Positions 7,338 to 17,137 of a DNA stretch of 64,000 bases are shown here, piece after piece. Both the position numbers and the translations under genes were made by a program. Within the stretch, counting starts at the first letter, position 1. Each line of letters opens with the position of its first letter. Source of the DNA: Euryarchaeota archaeon UBA58 (GTDB taxonomy: Archaea; Thermoplasmatota; Poseidoniia; Poseidoniales; Thalassarchaeaceae); contig DAHR01000019.1 in assembly GCA_002498525.1 (NCBI GenBank), forward strand, positions 39,404 to 103,403. Direction: 5' to 3'. Under the pieces are notes generated by a model. The model was not told the DNA's origin, did not search any database, and saw nothing but the letters and a program-made list of their open reading frames with translations.

Positions 7338-8975
7338 TCAAACACCACTGGGTGAAACCCAAGTCCCGAAACAATCCCGCATAACAGAATTGATCTCACC
7401 GATGGTAGCGTCGGATTTCAGCGCGGAAATCGTAGGTTCCATGATGTTCTCACCCGTATTGCAGGCATCGCGAACAACTTCCAAGGCTGCTTTGACTGAA
7501 TCCTCATCCCGAGATTTCCGAAGTTGAGAAAGATTTCCCAATTGTCCTTCGACAAGGCTGTCATCAAGTTTCTGGGAGGAGATTCCACGTTGAGTAGAAT
7601 CAATATGAGTGTTCACTCCGATAATAGATGTTTTTCCATTCTCTATTGCTCGTAGTTGATCCCATGCACTGTCGTGAATCAACCTCTGTTGATAACCTGA
7701 GATCACACAGGCCAATGAGCCACCACGGTCCGAAATATCATTGATTAATTCGAGTGATTCGGAATATAATCGTGCAGTCAACTCTTCAACGAGATATGAG
7801 CCAGCGAGAGGGTCGACAGAGGAGGTTATAGCCGTTTCAGAAGCAAGTATTTGTTGCGTCCGTAGTGCTAACCTCGCAGAATCCTCAGTCGGTAATCCAA
7901 TAGCCTCGTCGTAAGAATTGGTGTGCAGTGATTGTGTTCCACCTAAGACCGCTGCGAGCGCTTGATAGGCCACTCTGACGGTGTTGTTCTCAGGTTGTTG
8001 TGCAGTGAGAGTCACGCCAGCCGTTTGGGTGTGGAAGCGGAGTTTTGTTGAATTAGGGTTGGTGGGTTGAAAGTGTTCTGATGCCAAATCGTGCCAAAGA
8101 GTACGAGCAGCTCTGAACTTCGCTATCTCCTCGAAGAAATCGTTATGACAGCCGAAGAAGAAAGACATTCTTGGTCCGAATTCATCAAACTTCATCCCCG
8201 ATTCAATTGCCGAACGCGCGTATTGGAGGGCATTGGAGAGCGTCAATCCAATTTCTTCGACAGCTGTACATCCTGCTTCTCTCATATGATAACCACTGAC
8301 CGAAATCGTATTCCATCGTGGTGTATTGGATTTACACCAATTCATCAGGTCCGTTGTCAATCTCATCGATGCTTCCGGTGGAAATATGTACAATCCTCTG
8401 GCGATGTATTCTTTCAAGATGTCATTCTGTATTGTTCCTCTCAATTGAGACCTGGGGATTCCATTCTCATCAGCAACGGCGACATAGAGGGCAAGAAGCG
8501 TAGTCGCGGGCGCGTTGATGGTCATCGAAGTTGAAACTTCACTCAAATCGATACCATCCAGCAACCTTCTCATGTCATGGATCGAATCTATCGGAACACC
8601 TACTCTGCCCACTTCGCCTTCTGATGTCGGGTGATCTGAGTCGAGCCCTAATTGAGTGGGCAGGTCGAACGCCACAGAGATGCCTGTTTGGCCCTGATCC
8701 AATAACATCCTGAACCTGCGATTGGTCGCATATGCGCTCGAAAATCCAGCATATTGTCTCATCGTCCATAATTTGGATGAATACATTGACTCATGGATTC
8801 CTCGTGTATAGGGGGGGTCTCCGGGAATTTGGTGACCATTTTCTGGATGTCCAGCAGCAATGGCAGATTCCTTCGTAGGTACTTTCGCCCTAATCGAATT
8901 CAAAGAGTCATTGCCGCTATCACGCTTCATCTGTTGGATATCTGAATCAATCCGGGCAATGAACCCTATGTTCAC
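7338..8975 (-). CDS. methylmalonyl-CoA mutase, large (catalytic) subunit
   Basis: 'PYTRGIHESMYSSKLWTMRQYAGF' and 'GISVAFDLPTQLG'. 545 aa, with no B12-binding domain in this ORF. Confidence 0.9.
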   Translation of the reverse strand: MNIGFIARIDSDIQQMKRDSGNDSLNSIRAKVPTKESAIAAGHPENGHQIPGDPPYTRGIHESMYSSKLWTMRQYAGFSSAYATNRRFRMLLDQGQTGISVAFDLPTQLGLDSDHPTSEGEVGRVGVPIDSIHDMRRLLDGIDLSEVSTSMTINAPATTLLALYVAVADENGIPRSQLRGTIQNDILKEYIARGLYIFPPEASMRLTTDLMNWCKSNTPRWNTISVSGYHMREAGCTAVEEIGLTLSNALQYARSAIESGMKFDEFGPRMSFFFGCHNDFFEEIAKFRAARTLWHDLASEHFQPTNPNSTKLRFHTQTAGVTLTAQQPENNTVRVAYQALAAVLGGTQSLHTNSYDEAIGLPTEDSARLALRTQQILASETAITSSVDPLAGSYLVEELTARLYSESLELINDISDRGGSLACVISGYQQRLIHDSAWDQLRAIENGKTSIIGVNTHIDSTQRGISSQKLDDSLVEGQLGNLSQLRKSRDEDSVKAALEVVRDACNTGENIMEPTISALKSDATIGEINSVMRDCFGTWVSPSGV

Positions 8976-9008
8976 GACGGATGATGAGAAGGGTGAATGA
9001 AAACTGCA

Positions 9009-9902
9009 TTATCTGCGAATAGTATAGTTGTCTACGACTGCAATCAATCTGTCAGTCTGATCTGTTGAAAGAACCCCTTCAGATTCCTTCTGACGAATGT
9101 ATTCGCGGGCTGCTTCTGAGGTCTGCCGTTCACCTTTAGCCCAGATGGATCCCAATATAGAAGATCTGAATTCCTCAGCCACATCCAGTTTGATCAGAAG
9201 ACTCCTGACTTCGTATTTGTATTCCATATGTCTGGAACGATCAAGTCGTCGTTCTCTAGTAGCTGGCTGGAAACTCGGTTTGATCCGCCGCCTTCTCGGT
9301 TTTCGAACAGGTGGTTTGGTCGCAGTGGATGCCGGGGCTGCCAATCTCGAATTTCGTGCTGCAACAGTGGTCGCCGCCGCTCTAACCTTGGAAGCCTCAA
9401 TTATTTTTGTGGCTCTCTTACTTGTTTTCGGCAAGCTGTCCTCTTCATCCGTAGAGGACTTTTCGTCCTTTAGTATCAAACCGCGACTTCTTCTTGTGGT
9501 TTCCCCTAAAATCTGTTCTTCAAGTATCGTTTCTGATTCATTTCCCCCTGATTCGGGAGAAATATCTGTGACCGATTCTGTCGAATCCAATGTTTGTACA
9601 TCAGGGGGTAGAGGCTGATTTTTGGACACACCAACTACAGGTGGAGGAGCAGTACTCTGCTGTGGACCGACTTTGGGAATAGGGGAGGGCAGGGGTTTGG
9701 ATTTATCGGATTTAGGCGTTCGAGAGCCTGAACTCTTATCGAAGATATTCTTCGGTTCATTCTTTGGCCGCCGACGTCTCTGCACTGTATCTTCTTCCTC
9801 CTGATATGAGGGCCGCTTCTCCGTATGATAAGGCTTCGCAGCGAGTCGACTAGTTCCAATTGACGAGAGTATGATCTGTGCGGAGAGTCGAATTGACAGC
9901 AC
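9009..9902 (-). CDS. hypothetical protein: long basic Pro/Ser/Arg-rich low-complexity region plus ~80-aa helical C-terminal domain
   Basis: 297-aa track ORF on the same strand as its neighbours. The 5' 52 nt overlap the kae1 3' end and there is no internal ATG for ~200 codons, so the true start is unclear. Confidence 0.45.
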   Translation of the reverse strand: MLSIRLSAQIILSSIGTSRLAAKPYHTEKRPSYQEEEDTVQRRRRPKNEPKNIFDKSSGSRTPKSDKSKPLPSPIPKVGPQQSTAPPPVVGVSKNQPLPPDVQTLDSTESVTDISPESGGNESETILEEQILGETTRRSRGLILKDEKSSTDEEDSLPKTSKRATKIIEASKVRAAATTVAARNSRLAAPASTATKPPVRKPRRRRIKPSFQPATRERRLDRSRHMEYKYEVRSLLIKLDVAEEFRSSILGSIWAKGERQTSEAAREYIRQKESEGVLSTDQTDRLIAVVDNYTIRR

Positions 9903-10860
9903 TTGCCTCTAGGGGAGTACTGAAACCAACATCGAGCATCCTGCGTCCGAGTTCAGCGATCATCGTCCCATTGTCAACGCAGTATTGCTTCTCTGGCCAT
10001 ACTGCTGACGCCCCGCGTTGTTCAGCCATCATCAGACTCATCTGACGAAGTCTGGTGTTACATGCTACTCCACCTCCGAGTAACAGTTCTGTTTTTCCAG
10101 TGTGCGCCAAGGCTCTTTCGGAAACCTCGACGGTGGCCGAAAATGCGTGTTCTTGGAGTGACCAGCATACTTCCTCGAGCCCGTGCCCCTCCGTTATTTT
10201 CTGTTGGGCTGCATTCAAGAGACCTGAGTATGCCAAATCCATTCCATGTACGCTGTATGGCAAGGGAATGTCATCAACAGTACAATCTGGATTCAAATCG
10301 ATCCAATCACGGGCTAGAACCTCGATTTTCGGACCTCCTGGGAAAGAAATTCCTTGACTCCTTGCGAATTTGTCAAGCATGTTCCCAATGCCTATATCCA
10401 ACGTTTCTCCTATCACTCGATACCTGTCGCCAGCTCTCGCGATTATCTGAGTATTGCCGCCACTGACATAGAGCAGCACGGGGTCTATACATCCAGTCTC
10501 TTGACGGCCGATTTCGATATGCGCAACACAGTGATTCACTCCAATCAGCGGAACATCCCAGTCATGGGCTAGGGCTCTTGCGACAGTGGCACCAACTCTT
10601 AGACACGGTCCTAATCCTGGGCCTTGACTGAAAGCAACAGCCATTACATCGGAACTGGAGAGTGATTCTGCGACCATCATCTGACGAATCAGATCCGGTG
10701 CCGCCTTCGTATGGTGGTCGGCAGCTTCACGAGGGTGTATACCCCCTTCGTGAGGACGGAAGAATGCTGAATATGAGGGGCGTGTTCCGCCCTTATGGTC
10801 AACGAGTCCGAATGATAAGGTGTGGGCGGTACTCTCCACCCCCACTATGACTCTATTCAT
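9850..10860 (-). CDS. kae1: tRNA N6-adenosine threonylcarbamoyltransferase Kae1 (KEOPS catalytic subunit), not fused to Bud32
   Basis: 'GIHPREAADHH', 'GVNHCVAHIEIG', 'LLGGGVACN'. Confidence 0.9.
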   Translation of the reverse strand: MNRVIVGVESTAHTLSFGLVDHKGGTRPSYSAFFRPHEGGIHPREAADHHTKAAPDLIRQMMVAESLSSSDVMAVAFSQGPGLGPCLRVGATVARALAHDWDVPLIGVNHCVAHIEIGRQETGCIDPVLLYVSGGNTQIIARAGDRYRVIGETLDIGIGNMLDKFARSQGISFPGGPKIEVLARDWIDLNPDCTVDDIPLPYSVHGMDLAYSGLLNAAQQKITEGHGLEEVCWSLQEHAFSATVEVSERALAHTGKTELLLGGGVACNTRLRQMSLMMAEQRGASAVWPEKQYCVDNGTMIAELGRRMLDVGFSTPLEASAVNSTLRTDHTLVNWN

Positions 10861-10869
10861 GGACCGACG

Positions 10870-12174
10870 ATGGCAGATTACATATCAAGGGTCTCGCTGA
10901 TGGATGCTGTGCGACATGTCTTAGTCAATGCGGGGCCAATCGCCCATCTGTCATCCGGGGATGTGAATGAACCACTGCGGGGGCATTCGATGACTGATCG
11001 TGAATTGCTCGTTCATGAAGCAGGTAAGGGATTGGTTCTGGAAGAAGGAATTGTGGCATTAATCACCGATTCTGAATCGATTGAATCAGAATTCGGGGGC
11101 GATTCGTCCTCTAACCTAAATTTCATTGACCTCGGAGGAAATGCGGTACTTCCAGGATTCGTGGATTGTCACACTCATCTTCTTTGGGCTGGGGATCGAT
11201 CCAATGAGATGCGTTTGAGACAATCCGGGATGAATTATCAAGAAATCGCAGAACGGGGGGGAGGTATCACCAAGACTGTTGAAAAAACACGCTTAGCCAC
11301 GTCCGCCGACCTCATGAAAGAAGGGGCGAGGAGAGTGCAAAACGCCCTCGAACACGGAACGACATCGATGGAATGCAAGAGTGGTTACGGGTTATCTTTG
11401 GAGTCTGAATTGTCTCTCCTCGAAGTGATTAGAGATTTACAAACCCAAGTTGATATCAAATTACACCCAACCTGGCTGGGTGCACATGATTTTCCAAAGA
11501 ACATTCCACGTAAATCTTATTTCGAAGAGTTGCTAACCGATCAATTACCAGCCATTCATGAACAGGGTATTGCGAAGTGGACCGATGTCTTCTGCGAACC
11601 CGGGTGGTATGACCTCGAGCAGACGGAGGAATTGGTCAAAGCATCCGACAAACTCGGGATTGCCTCCAGACTTCATGTTGATGAATTCAAAGATGGTGGC
11701 GGTCTCGCCCTCGCGAGTCAACTTCGAGCTGTGAGTGGAGATCATGTTGGTTATTCATCCGATGAAGCCAGACACGCTGCGGAACAGAATGGTACGATGC
11801 AAACCTTTCTGCCAGGAACGCCATACGTACTGGGCAAGGACCTGACACTTCCTCTCCAGAGATGCGTTGAGGAGGCTTGGAGATTTTCCCTGGCGACAGA
11901 TTTCAACCCAAATTGCAGATCTCTCTCAATTCCATTCGTAGGCAGCCTTGCAACTCATCGAATGGGTCTGGACCCTCTAGCCGCATTAGTCGCCGTAACT
12001 CGTAATCCCGCAACCACATTGCACGATTCACAGGATCGATCCATACCTGGGTCGTTAAGGGAGGGGGGTCCGGCAGATCTGATTGTCATAAATTCAACAG
12101 ATGTTGATGGTTGGTGCCAGACTCCTGGTGATAATCCAGTAATCCAAACTTTCACCTCCGAGTCACTAATGTAA
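10870..12174 (+). CDS. hutI: imidazolonepropionase HutI
   Basis: 'VDCHTHLLWAGDRS', 'KSGYGLSLESEL', 'HVDEF'. I prefer ATG 10870 over the track start 10822, which would overlap kae1. Confidence 0.9.
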   Translation: MADYISRVSLMDAVRHVLVNAGPIAHLSSGDVNEPLRGHSMTDRELLVHEAGKGLVLEEGIVALITDSESIESEFGGDSSSNLNFIDLGGNAVLPGFVDCHTHLLWAGDRSNEMRLRQSGMNYQEIAERGGGITKTVEKTRLATSADLMKEGARRVQNALEHGTTSMECKSGYGLSLESELSLLEVIRDLQTQVDIKLHPTWLGAHDFPKNIPRKSYFEELLTDQLPAIHEQGIAKWTDVFCEPGWYDLEQTEELVKASDKLGIASRLHVDEFKDGGGLALASQLRAVSGDHVGYSSDEARHAAEQNGTMQTFLPGTPYVLGKDLTLPLQRCVEEAWRFSLATDFNPNCRSLSIPFVGSLATHRMGLDPLAALVAVTRNPATTLHDSQDRSIPGSLREGGPADLIVINSTDVDGWCQTPGDNPVIQTFTSESLM

Positions 12175-12220
12175 AATTACAAATAATGTTATAATAGACT
12201 CTGTCAACAATAGATTAACT

Positions 12221-12239
12221 AATTCAGCATCTCTGAATT
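12221..12239 (+). terminator. hairpin AATTCAG-catct-CTGAATT followed by a T-run, 47 nt after the hutI stop
   Basis: Read directly. 7-bp perfect arms, then 'TTTCATT'. Archaeal termination normally needs only oligo-T, so its function is uncertain. Confidence 0.25.
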
Positions 12240-12488
12240 TTCATTAATGGATTACAAATTGGATTCGAAGGGTCTTTTCAGCTAGAATAGAGCAAAATGG
12301 AATAATCTCGTCTAATAATCACTACCCTTCTATCCGATAATGGTAGTTATCAGAATTTGCCGATCTTGTAAATTAGGGAGGATGTCTTGCAGTATAGCGT
12401 TTTGGCCACCATATCGATGAATGACTACAATTACCCATGATTGGTGAGTCACAATTGCTTGAAATCATTTGACAATTTCCGGAAAACG

Positions 12489-12644
12489 ATGGTGCGCCCC
12501 GAAACCGGCTTTTGCATGAAATGCAAATCGAATGTCTCAATCACCAATCCTAGGGTCTTGACTATGAAAAATGGAAGACAACGAGTTGCTGGTGTTTGCA
12601 GCAATCCTGGATGTGATGGTCGAATTTCAAAGATCTTCGCTTGA
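12489..12644 (+). CDS. small zinc-ribbon protein (DUF5679-like)
   Basis: 'FCMKCKSNVSITNPRVLTMKNGRQRVAGVCSNPGCDGRISKIF': CxxC...CxxxC around a 'tmKNGR' core, as in DUF5679 proteins as I remember them. ATG 12489 preferred over the TTG at 12441. Confidence 0.5.
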   Translation: MVRPETGFCMKCKSNVSITNPRVLTMKNGRQRVAGVCSNPGCDGRISKIFA

Positions 12645-12705
12645 AAACCCGTGGCAGTTGAAGAGAATCCTTCATTTGGGTGGAGTTTGTGGAACCGAAT
12701 ATTCT

Positions 12706-12781
12706 GGGCTCGTGGTCTAGGGGTTATGACGTCGCCTTGACATGGCGAAGATCGCAGGTTCAATTCCTGCCGAGCCCACCA
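12706..12781 (+). tRNA. tRNA-Val (anticodon GAC), CCA encoded
   Basis: Folded by hand: acceptor GGGCTCG/CGAGCCC, anticodon stem TCGCC/GGCGA with loop TTGACAT, T-arm GCAGG-TTCAATT-CCTGC, discriminator A, then CCA. 76 nt. Confidence 0.95.
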
Positions 12782-12795
12782 GAATGAATGAATTA

Positions 12796-13536
12796 TCAAT
12801 TACTCATTTTCAATTCATAGTACAGACGAAGTTTGCCCGCTCCTTTCTGTTTGATTCGACTGATAGAAATCTTGGGAATTTCTCCAGTCTCGTTGACGTG
12901 AGTACCAGCACAGGGACAGATGTCGATGCCATCTATCCTCACAACTCTCAGTTTGTCAACGTCCTCTGGCAACCTTGAAAGGATCTTTGCGATGAAGGAT
13001 CTATTTCTGACTCGGTCGTCCTCCATCAACTCGTGTGCAGTCCATTCTGCAGTAGTTATCTGAAGATTCGCTGTAATCGCATCATTGACGGCATTTTCTA
13101 TAGAGTCTATCCGGAAGACAGTTTTGTCATCAAATTTCAAATCGATTCGAGTTTCGTTTCGCCCGATTTGATTTCCGACCGTAGCCGCACCCCATAATTC
13201 ATCCGCGAAAGCTGAAACAAGATGTTGAGCGGAATGCATTGTAGCCAAGTCATTCCTTCTTTCAATATCAAAAGAGCATTGTATTGATTGGCCGATTTCA
13301 AAATCATCTGCGATTTCGACTGGATGGTGAATTACGTCACCAGCAGTCACTTCCCCTATTTTTTTTGCAATCGTTCCACAACGCACCAAGCCAAAATCTC
13401 CCGGTTGCCCACCTCCTCGAGGGTAGAAATGCGACTCCTTGAAAACCAGCTTCTGATCAATAATGTCGACTATCATAGAATCGAAGGGCTGTGGGTTAGT
13501 ACCAGGATGGTGCAGTAGGTGCAGTCGCTCTTGCAA
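12796..13536 (-). CDS. alaX: AlaX-type alanyl-tRNA editing protein (Ser/Gly-tRNA(Ala) deacylase)
   Basis: 'MHSAQHLVS' (HxxxH) and 'CPCAGTHV' (CxxxH) zinc motifs of the AlaRS editing domain. Confidence 0.85.
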   Translation of the reverse strand: MQERLHLLHHPGTNPQPFDSMIVDIIDQKLVFKESHFYPRGGGQPGDFGLVRCGTIAKKIGEVTAGDVIHHPVEIADDFEIGQSIQCSFDIERRNDLATMHSAQHLVSAFADELWGAATVGNQIGRNETRIDLKFDDKTVFRIDSIENAVNDAITANLQITTAEWTAHELMEDDRVRNRSFIAKILSRLPEDVDKLRVVRIDGIDICPCAGTHVNETGEIPKISISRIKQKGAGKLRLYYELKMSN

Positions 13537-13545
13537 TGTATCAAC

Positions 13546-15072
13546 TCAAAGTTGTGAAAGTCCACCAGCCAAGAGCATCGCAGCGACAATTTCTGTGTCG
13601 TTGGTCATCGAGCGATCGCATGTCAACGGTGCCACGAGGTCAGCCATGATATTCTGAATACTCATTACTCCCGAACCAGCATTCTCTTCAATTCTATGAA
13701 GGGCTTCACAAGCACATATCAATTCGTTTGCCAGCACTTTTGAAAGGTGGTCGCAACAAATCGATAAACGGTTAGTCGCCGTAGCCCCCATCGAGACATG
13801 ATCCTCTTTTTCCATGCTCACTGGAACGTTGGATGTGGTTGTTGGATTAGCTAACAAATGAAGTTCTGCAAGCAGAGCAGCAGAGACATATTGGAGTATC
13901 ATCAACCCACTCTCAAGGCCTTCTTCATTTGCTAAGAATGCGTTTTGACCACTCCAATGAGGTGAAAGTACCTGATTGATCCTCCTCTCCGAGATGGAAG
14001 CGAGTTCATGGCAGGTCACGGCAAGAGAATCTGCGGCCAGTGCAATGATCTGGCCATGAAAGTTACCTCCACTGATGACTTCGAATTCTCCATCATCTGC
14101 CACGAAAATCAACGGATTATCAGTGGCGGAATTAATTTCTATTTCTATCATTTTCTTTGTATTCAAAATCAATTCGATTACGGGGCCATGAACTTGAGGT
14201 CCACATCTGAAAGAGTAAGAATCCTGAACTCTGTCACAGTCCTCATGTGAGGCATTGATTTGAGAGTCGTTCACCAAAGAGCGAACTCTTGCAGCTGAAA
14301 TCTGTTGCCCGGAATGCGGTCTAGCACGATGAATTCTGACATCGAATGCACGATGTGAACCCTTGATCGCCTCCAGAGAGCAACTCAAGGCCGAATCCGC
14401 TGCCACAATTAAATGGCTCAAGGTATGGAGAACACCAACCATGTAAGCACACATCTGACTGGTCCCATTGATTAGAGAAAGTCCCTCTTTGGCTTGTAGT
14501 TCGACTGGATCAGATTCAATCAATTCAAAGACATAGTCGGCATCCTTAAGCTCCCAGATTCCATCAATTTCGATGAAGAATTGATTTTCCCCCATCAAAC
14601 CCAGAGTCAGATGTGAAAGGGGAGCTAAATCGCCAGAGGCACCCAAAGAGCCGATTCGAGGTACTACCGGTGCGCATCTGGAATTAACCAAATCAACAAT
14701 TGTTTGTATCACTGAAAGGCGAATACCTGAATGTCCTACTGCAAGGCTATTCGCTCTGATGGTCATCATCATCAAGACATCTTCCGAAGCCATGTTTTCC
14801 CCTACTCCACATGCATGACTTCTAATCAGATTTGTTTGTAATTTCGCTAATTTCGACTCGTCGATCGTAATAGTCGAAAGTGCACCGAAACCAGTATTGA
14901 TTCCATATACCACATCACCAGATGAAAGGATTGATTCAACCGCGTTTCGGGACCTGCGAACTCTTTCAGACGCTGCATCAGAAATCGAAACACTTGCCAC
15001 GCCATTTCTGATAGCGATGAGTTGTTCTGTGGTCAGGGTTGCTCCATCCAGAAGAACAGACACATCAGACAT
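13546..15072 (-). CDS. hutH: histidine ammonia-lyase HutH
   Basis: 'GSLGASGDLAPLSHL' (MIO-forming ASG). 508 aa. Confidence 0.95.
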   Translation of the reverse strand: MSDVSVLLDGATLTTEQLIAIRNGVASVSISDAASERVRRSRNAVESILSSGDVVYGINTGFGALSTITIDESKLAKLQTNLIRSHACGVGENMASEDVLMMMTIRANSLAVGHSGIRLSVIQTIVDLVNSRCAPVVPRIGSLGASGDLAPLSHLTLGLMGENQFFIEIDGIWELKDADYVFELIESDPVELQAKEGLSLINGTSQMCAYMVGVLHTLSHLIVAADSALSCSLEAIKGSHRAFDVRIHRARPHSGQQISAARVRSLVNDSQINASHEDCDRVQDSYSFRCGPQVHGPVIELILNTKKMIEIEINSATDNPLIFVADDGEFEVISGGNFHGQIIALAADSLAVTCHELASISERRINQVLSPHWSGQNAFLANEEGLESGLMILQYVSAALLAELHLLANPTTTSNVPVSMEKEDHVSMGATATNRLSICCDHLSKVLANELICACEALHRIEENAGSGVMSIQNIMADLVAPLTCDRSMTNDTEIVAAMLLAGGLSQL

Positions 15073-15102
15073 GATTCATCCCACTCCCCCAAACCCTTTC
15101 AA

Positions 15103-17103
15103 TCATGATGATTCCGAATTCAATGACGATAACAAGTTAGAATCGACGAGGTGTGGTATCGTAACGATTAGATCGGAGTCAATTTCCATACTACGTTTAA
15201 TTGACTTAATCGCCCCTATATTTCGCCCCCATGATCGTCTGGCAATGCCGTTGTTGACATCCCAACTGAGCATTGAACGAATTCTGTCCAATGAAGATTC
15301 TGAACCATCTATGACCATACCGAAACCCCCATTCATCACTTCACCCCAACCGACACCGCCCCCGTTGTGAAGACTTACCCAAGTTGCTCCTCGAAAAGCG
15401 TCACCAACAAAATTTTGCACCGCCATATCTGCAGTGTACATCGAACCATCTCGAATGTCGGCAGTTTCTCGATAGGGACTGTCGGTTCCGGAGACATCGT
15501 GGTGGTCTCGACCAAGAATGATAGGCGCGGTGATCTTACCGCTGGCTATTGCTTCGTTGAAACCTTCAGCGATACTTTGTCTACCAATTGCATCAGCATA
15601 GAGAATTCTAGCCTGACTACCAACCACGAGATCGTGTCGTTCTGCCTCTTCGATCCATTGGATGTTATCGAGAATCTGTCCTTGAATGTCGGGTTCAGCA
15701 TTGTGTAATTGTTCACGAAGAACTGATGCAGCGATTGCATCGCTCAGGACTAGGTCCTTGTGAGAACCCGAAGAACATACCCACCTGAATGGCCCAAATC
15801 CATGATCGAAACATATTGGCCCCATTATGTCCTCAACATATGAAGGGTAACGGAAACGACCGGTGTTTTCGGGATCCATGATTTCCGCTCCAGCTTTACT
15901 AGACTCAAGGAGGAATGCATTGCCGTAATCCCAGAAATTCATACCTTTCTTGACAAGATTATTCACTGCTTTGACGTGTTTTCTGAGAGAACTCTGAACT
16001 TCACTCTTGAATCTTTTTGGGTCAGACTGGAGCAGATGCAAAGCTTGTGAATGCGTATAACCCACGGGAATGTAACCACCTAACAACGGATTATGGAGAC
16101 TTGTCTGATCACTACCTAAATCGGGAATGACATCTGATTCGTCCAAAGCTACCAACAAATCAACGATGTTTCCGATATATCCTATAGAAACCGCTTCTTC
16201 CTTTGTTACCGCAGATTCAACGCGGTTGATGACTTCATCGAGGTCTTGATACAATTCTGACAACCAGCCCTGTTCGTATCGTTTGTGTGCTGCTAGAGGG
16301 TTGGTTTCAGCAATGACTGCAACTGCTCCGGTGATGACAGCAGCCTTGGCTTGCGCACCGGACATACCTCCTAATCCTGAAGTCACATAGAGGATACCTG
16401 ACAAGTTATCTTCGTTAGATAAAGAGAGATACTTTCTTGCTGCATTCAACAATGTAATGGTGGTACCGTGGACGATACCCTGGGGTCCGATGTACATGAA
16501 AGACCCAGCCGTCATCTGGCCATACTGAGACACGCCTAGAGCATTGAATTTCTCATAATCCTCTTGCGATGAGTGGTTTGGAATGACAATACCATTGGTG
16601 ATTACGACCCTCGGAGATTGAGAATTCGAAGGAAACAGACCCAGAGGATGGCCAGAATACAAGACAAGTGTCTGTTGGTCATTCATTTGAGAAAGGTAGG
16701 ACATGGTCAATAGGTATTGAGCCCAATTCTGGAAGACTGATCCATTCCCGCCATATGTGATCAGTTCATGCGGGAATTGGGCGATGTCCGGATCAAGATT
16801 ATTTTGAATCATCAACATGATTCCCGCAGCCTGCAGAGATTGTGCAGGGTATGCTTCAATCGGCCTGGCATACATCGCATATTCTGGACGAAAACGACGC
16901 ATTGTGATATGACCCTCAGAGCGTAATTCTTCCATGAATTCCGGACCTAGAATAGGGTGCCATTCAGATTTGAAATATCTGAGAGCGTTCTCTACCGCTA
17001 GTGTTTCTTCCTGGGTATTCAGAACATGCGGACGTTTAGGAGCGTGATCGACGTTAGGGTCCTTGTGACTCAGAGTTGGTAATTCAGAAGGAATGCCCAT
17101 CAT
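15103..17103 (-). CDS. hutU: urocanate hydratase HutU (long ~666-aa form)
   Basis: 'GQMTAGSFMYIGPQGIVHGT', 'GLGGMSGAQ', 'SLHNGGGVGWGEVMNGG'. It has an N-terminal extension relative to ~557-aa bacterial HutU. Confidence 0.95.
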   Translation of the reverse strand: MMGIPSELPTLSHKDPNVDHAPKRPHVLNTQEETLAVENALRYFKSEWHPILGPEFMEELRSEGHITMRRFRPEYAMYARPIEAYPAQSLQAAGIMLMIQNNLDPDIAQFPHELITYGGNGSVFQNWAQYLLTMSYLSQMNDQQTLVLYSGHPLGLFPSNSQSPRVVITNGIVIPNHSSQEDYEKFNALGVSQYGQMTAGSFMYIGPQGIVHGTTITLLNAARKYLSLSNEDNLSGILYVTSGLGGMSGAQAKAAVITGAVAVIAETNPLAAHKRYEQGWLSELYQDLDEVINRVESAVTKEEAVSIGYIGNIVDLLVALDESDVIPDLGSDQTSLHNPLLGGYIPVGYTHSQALHLLQSDPKRFKSEVQSSLRKHVKAVNNLVKKGMNFWDYGNAFLLESSKAGAEIMDPENTGRFRYPSYVEDIMGPICFDHGFGPFRWVCSSGSHKDLVLSDAIAASVLREQLHNAEPDIQGQILDNIQWIEEAERHDLVVGSQARILYADAIGRQSIAEGFNEAIASGKITAPIILGRDHHDVSGTDSPYRETADIRDGSMYTADMAVQNFVGDAFRGATWVSLHNGGGVGWGEVMNGGFGMVIDGSESSLDRIRSMLSWDVNNGIARRSWGRNIGAIKSIKRSMEIDSDLIVTIPHLVDSNLLSSLNSESS

Positions 17104-17137
17104 AATCTGTTCTGAGAAAGTTGAGTTGTCGATTATA

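Noticed and set aside
9097-9618. 173-aa plus-strand ORF inside the basic disordered protein gene
   Set aside because: It has no motif and a hydrophobic/Ser-rich composition typical of an antisense frame. The minus frame has a structured C-terminal domain and matches the neighbouring gene orientation. Confidence in either frame remains moderate.
10822-10869. hutI start at 10822 overlapping the kae1 start, and the resulting 9-bp divergent spacer
   Set aside because: The start was moved to ATG 10870 (10900 is also possible). The very short divergent gap is probably a matter of start-codon choice and leaderless promoters embedded in coding sequence, not a special element.
12175-12488. AT-rich spacer as a replication origin
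   Set aside because: There are no ORB or mini-ORB-like repeated elements and no adjacent orc1/cdc6. It is kept only as a compositional oddity.
12706-12781. tRNA-Val as the border of an integrated element
   Set aside because: There is no integrase and no direct repeat of the tRNA 3' end that I could spot. Both flanks are housekeeping genes (hut, alaX).
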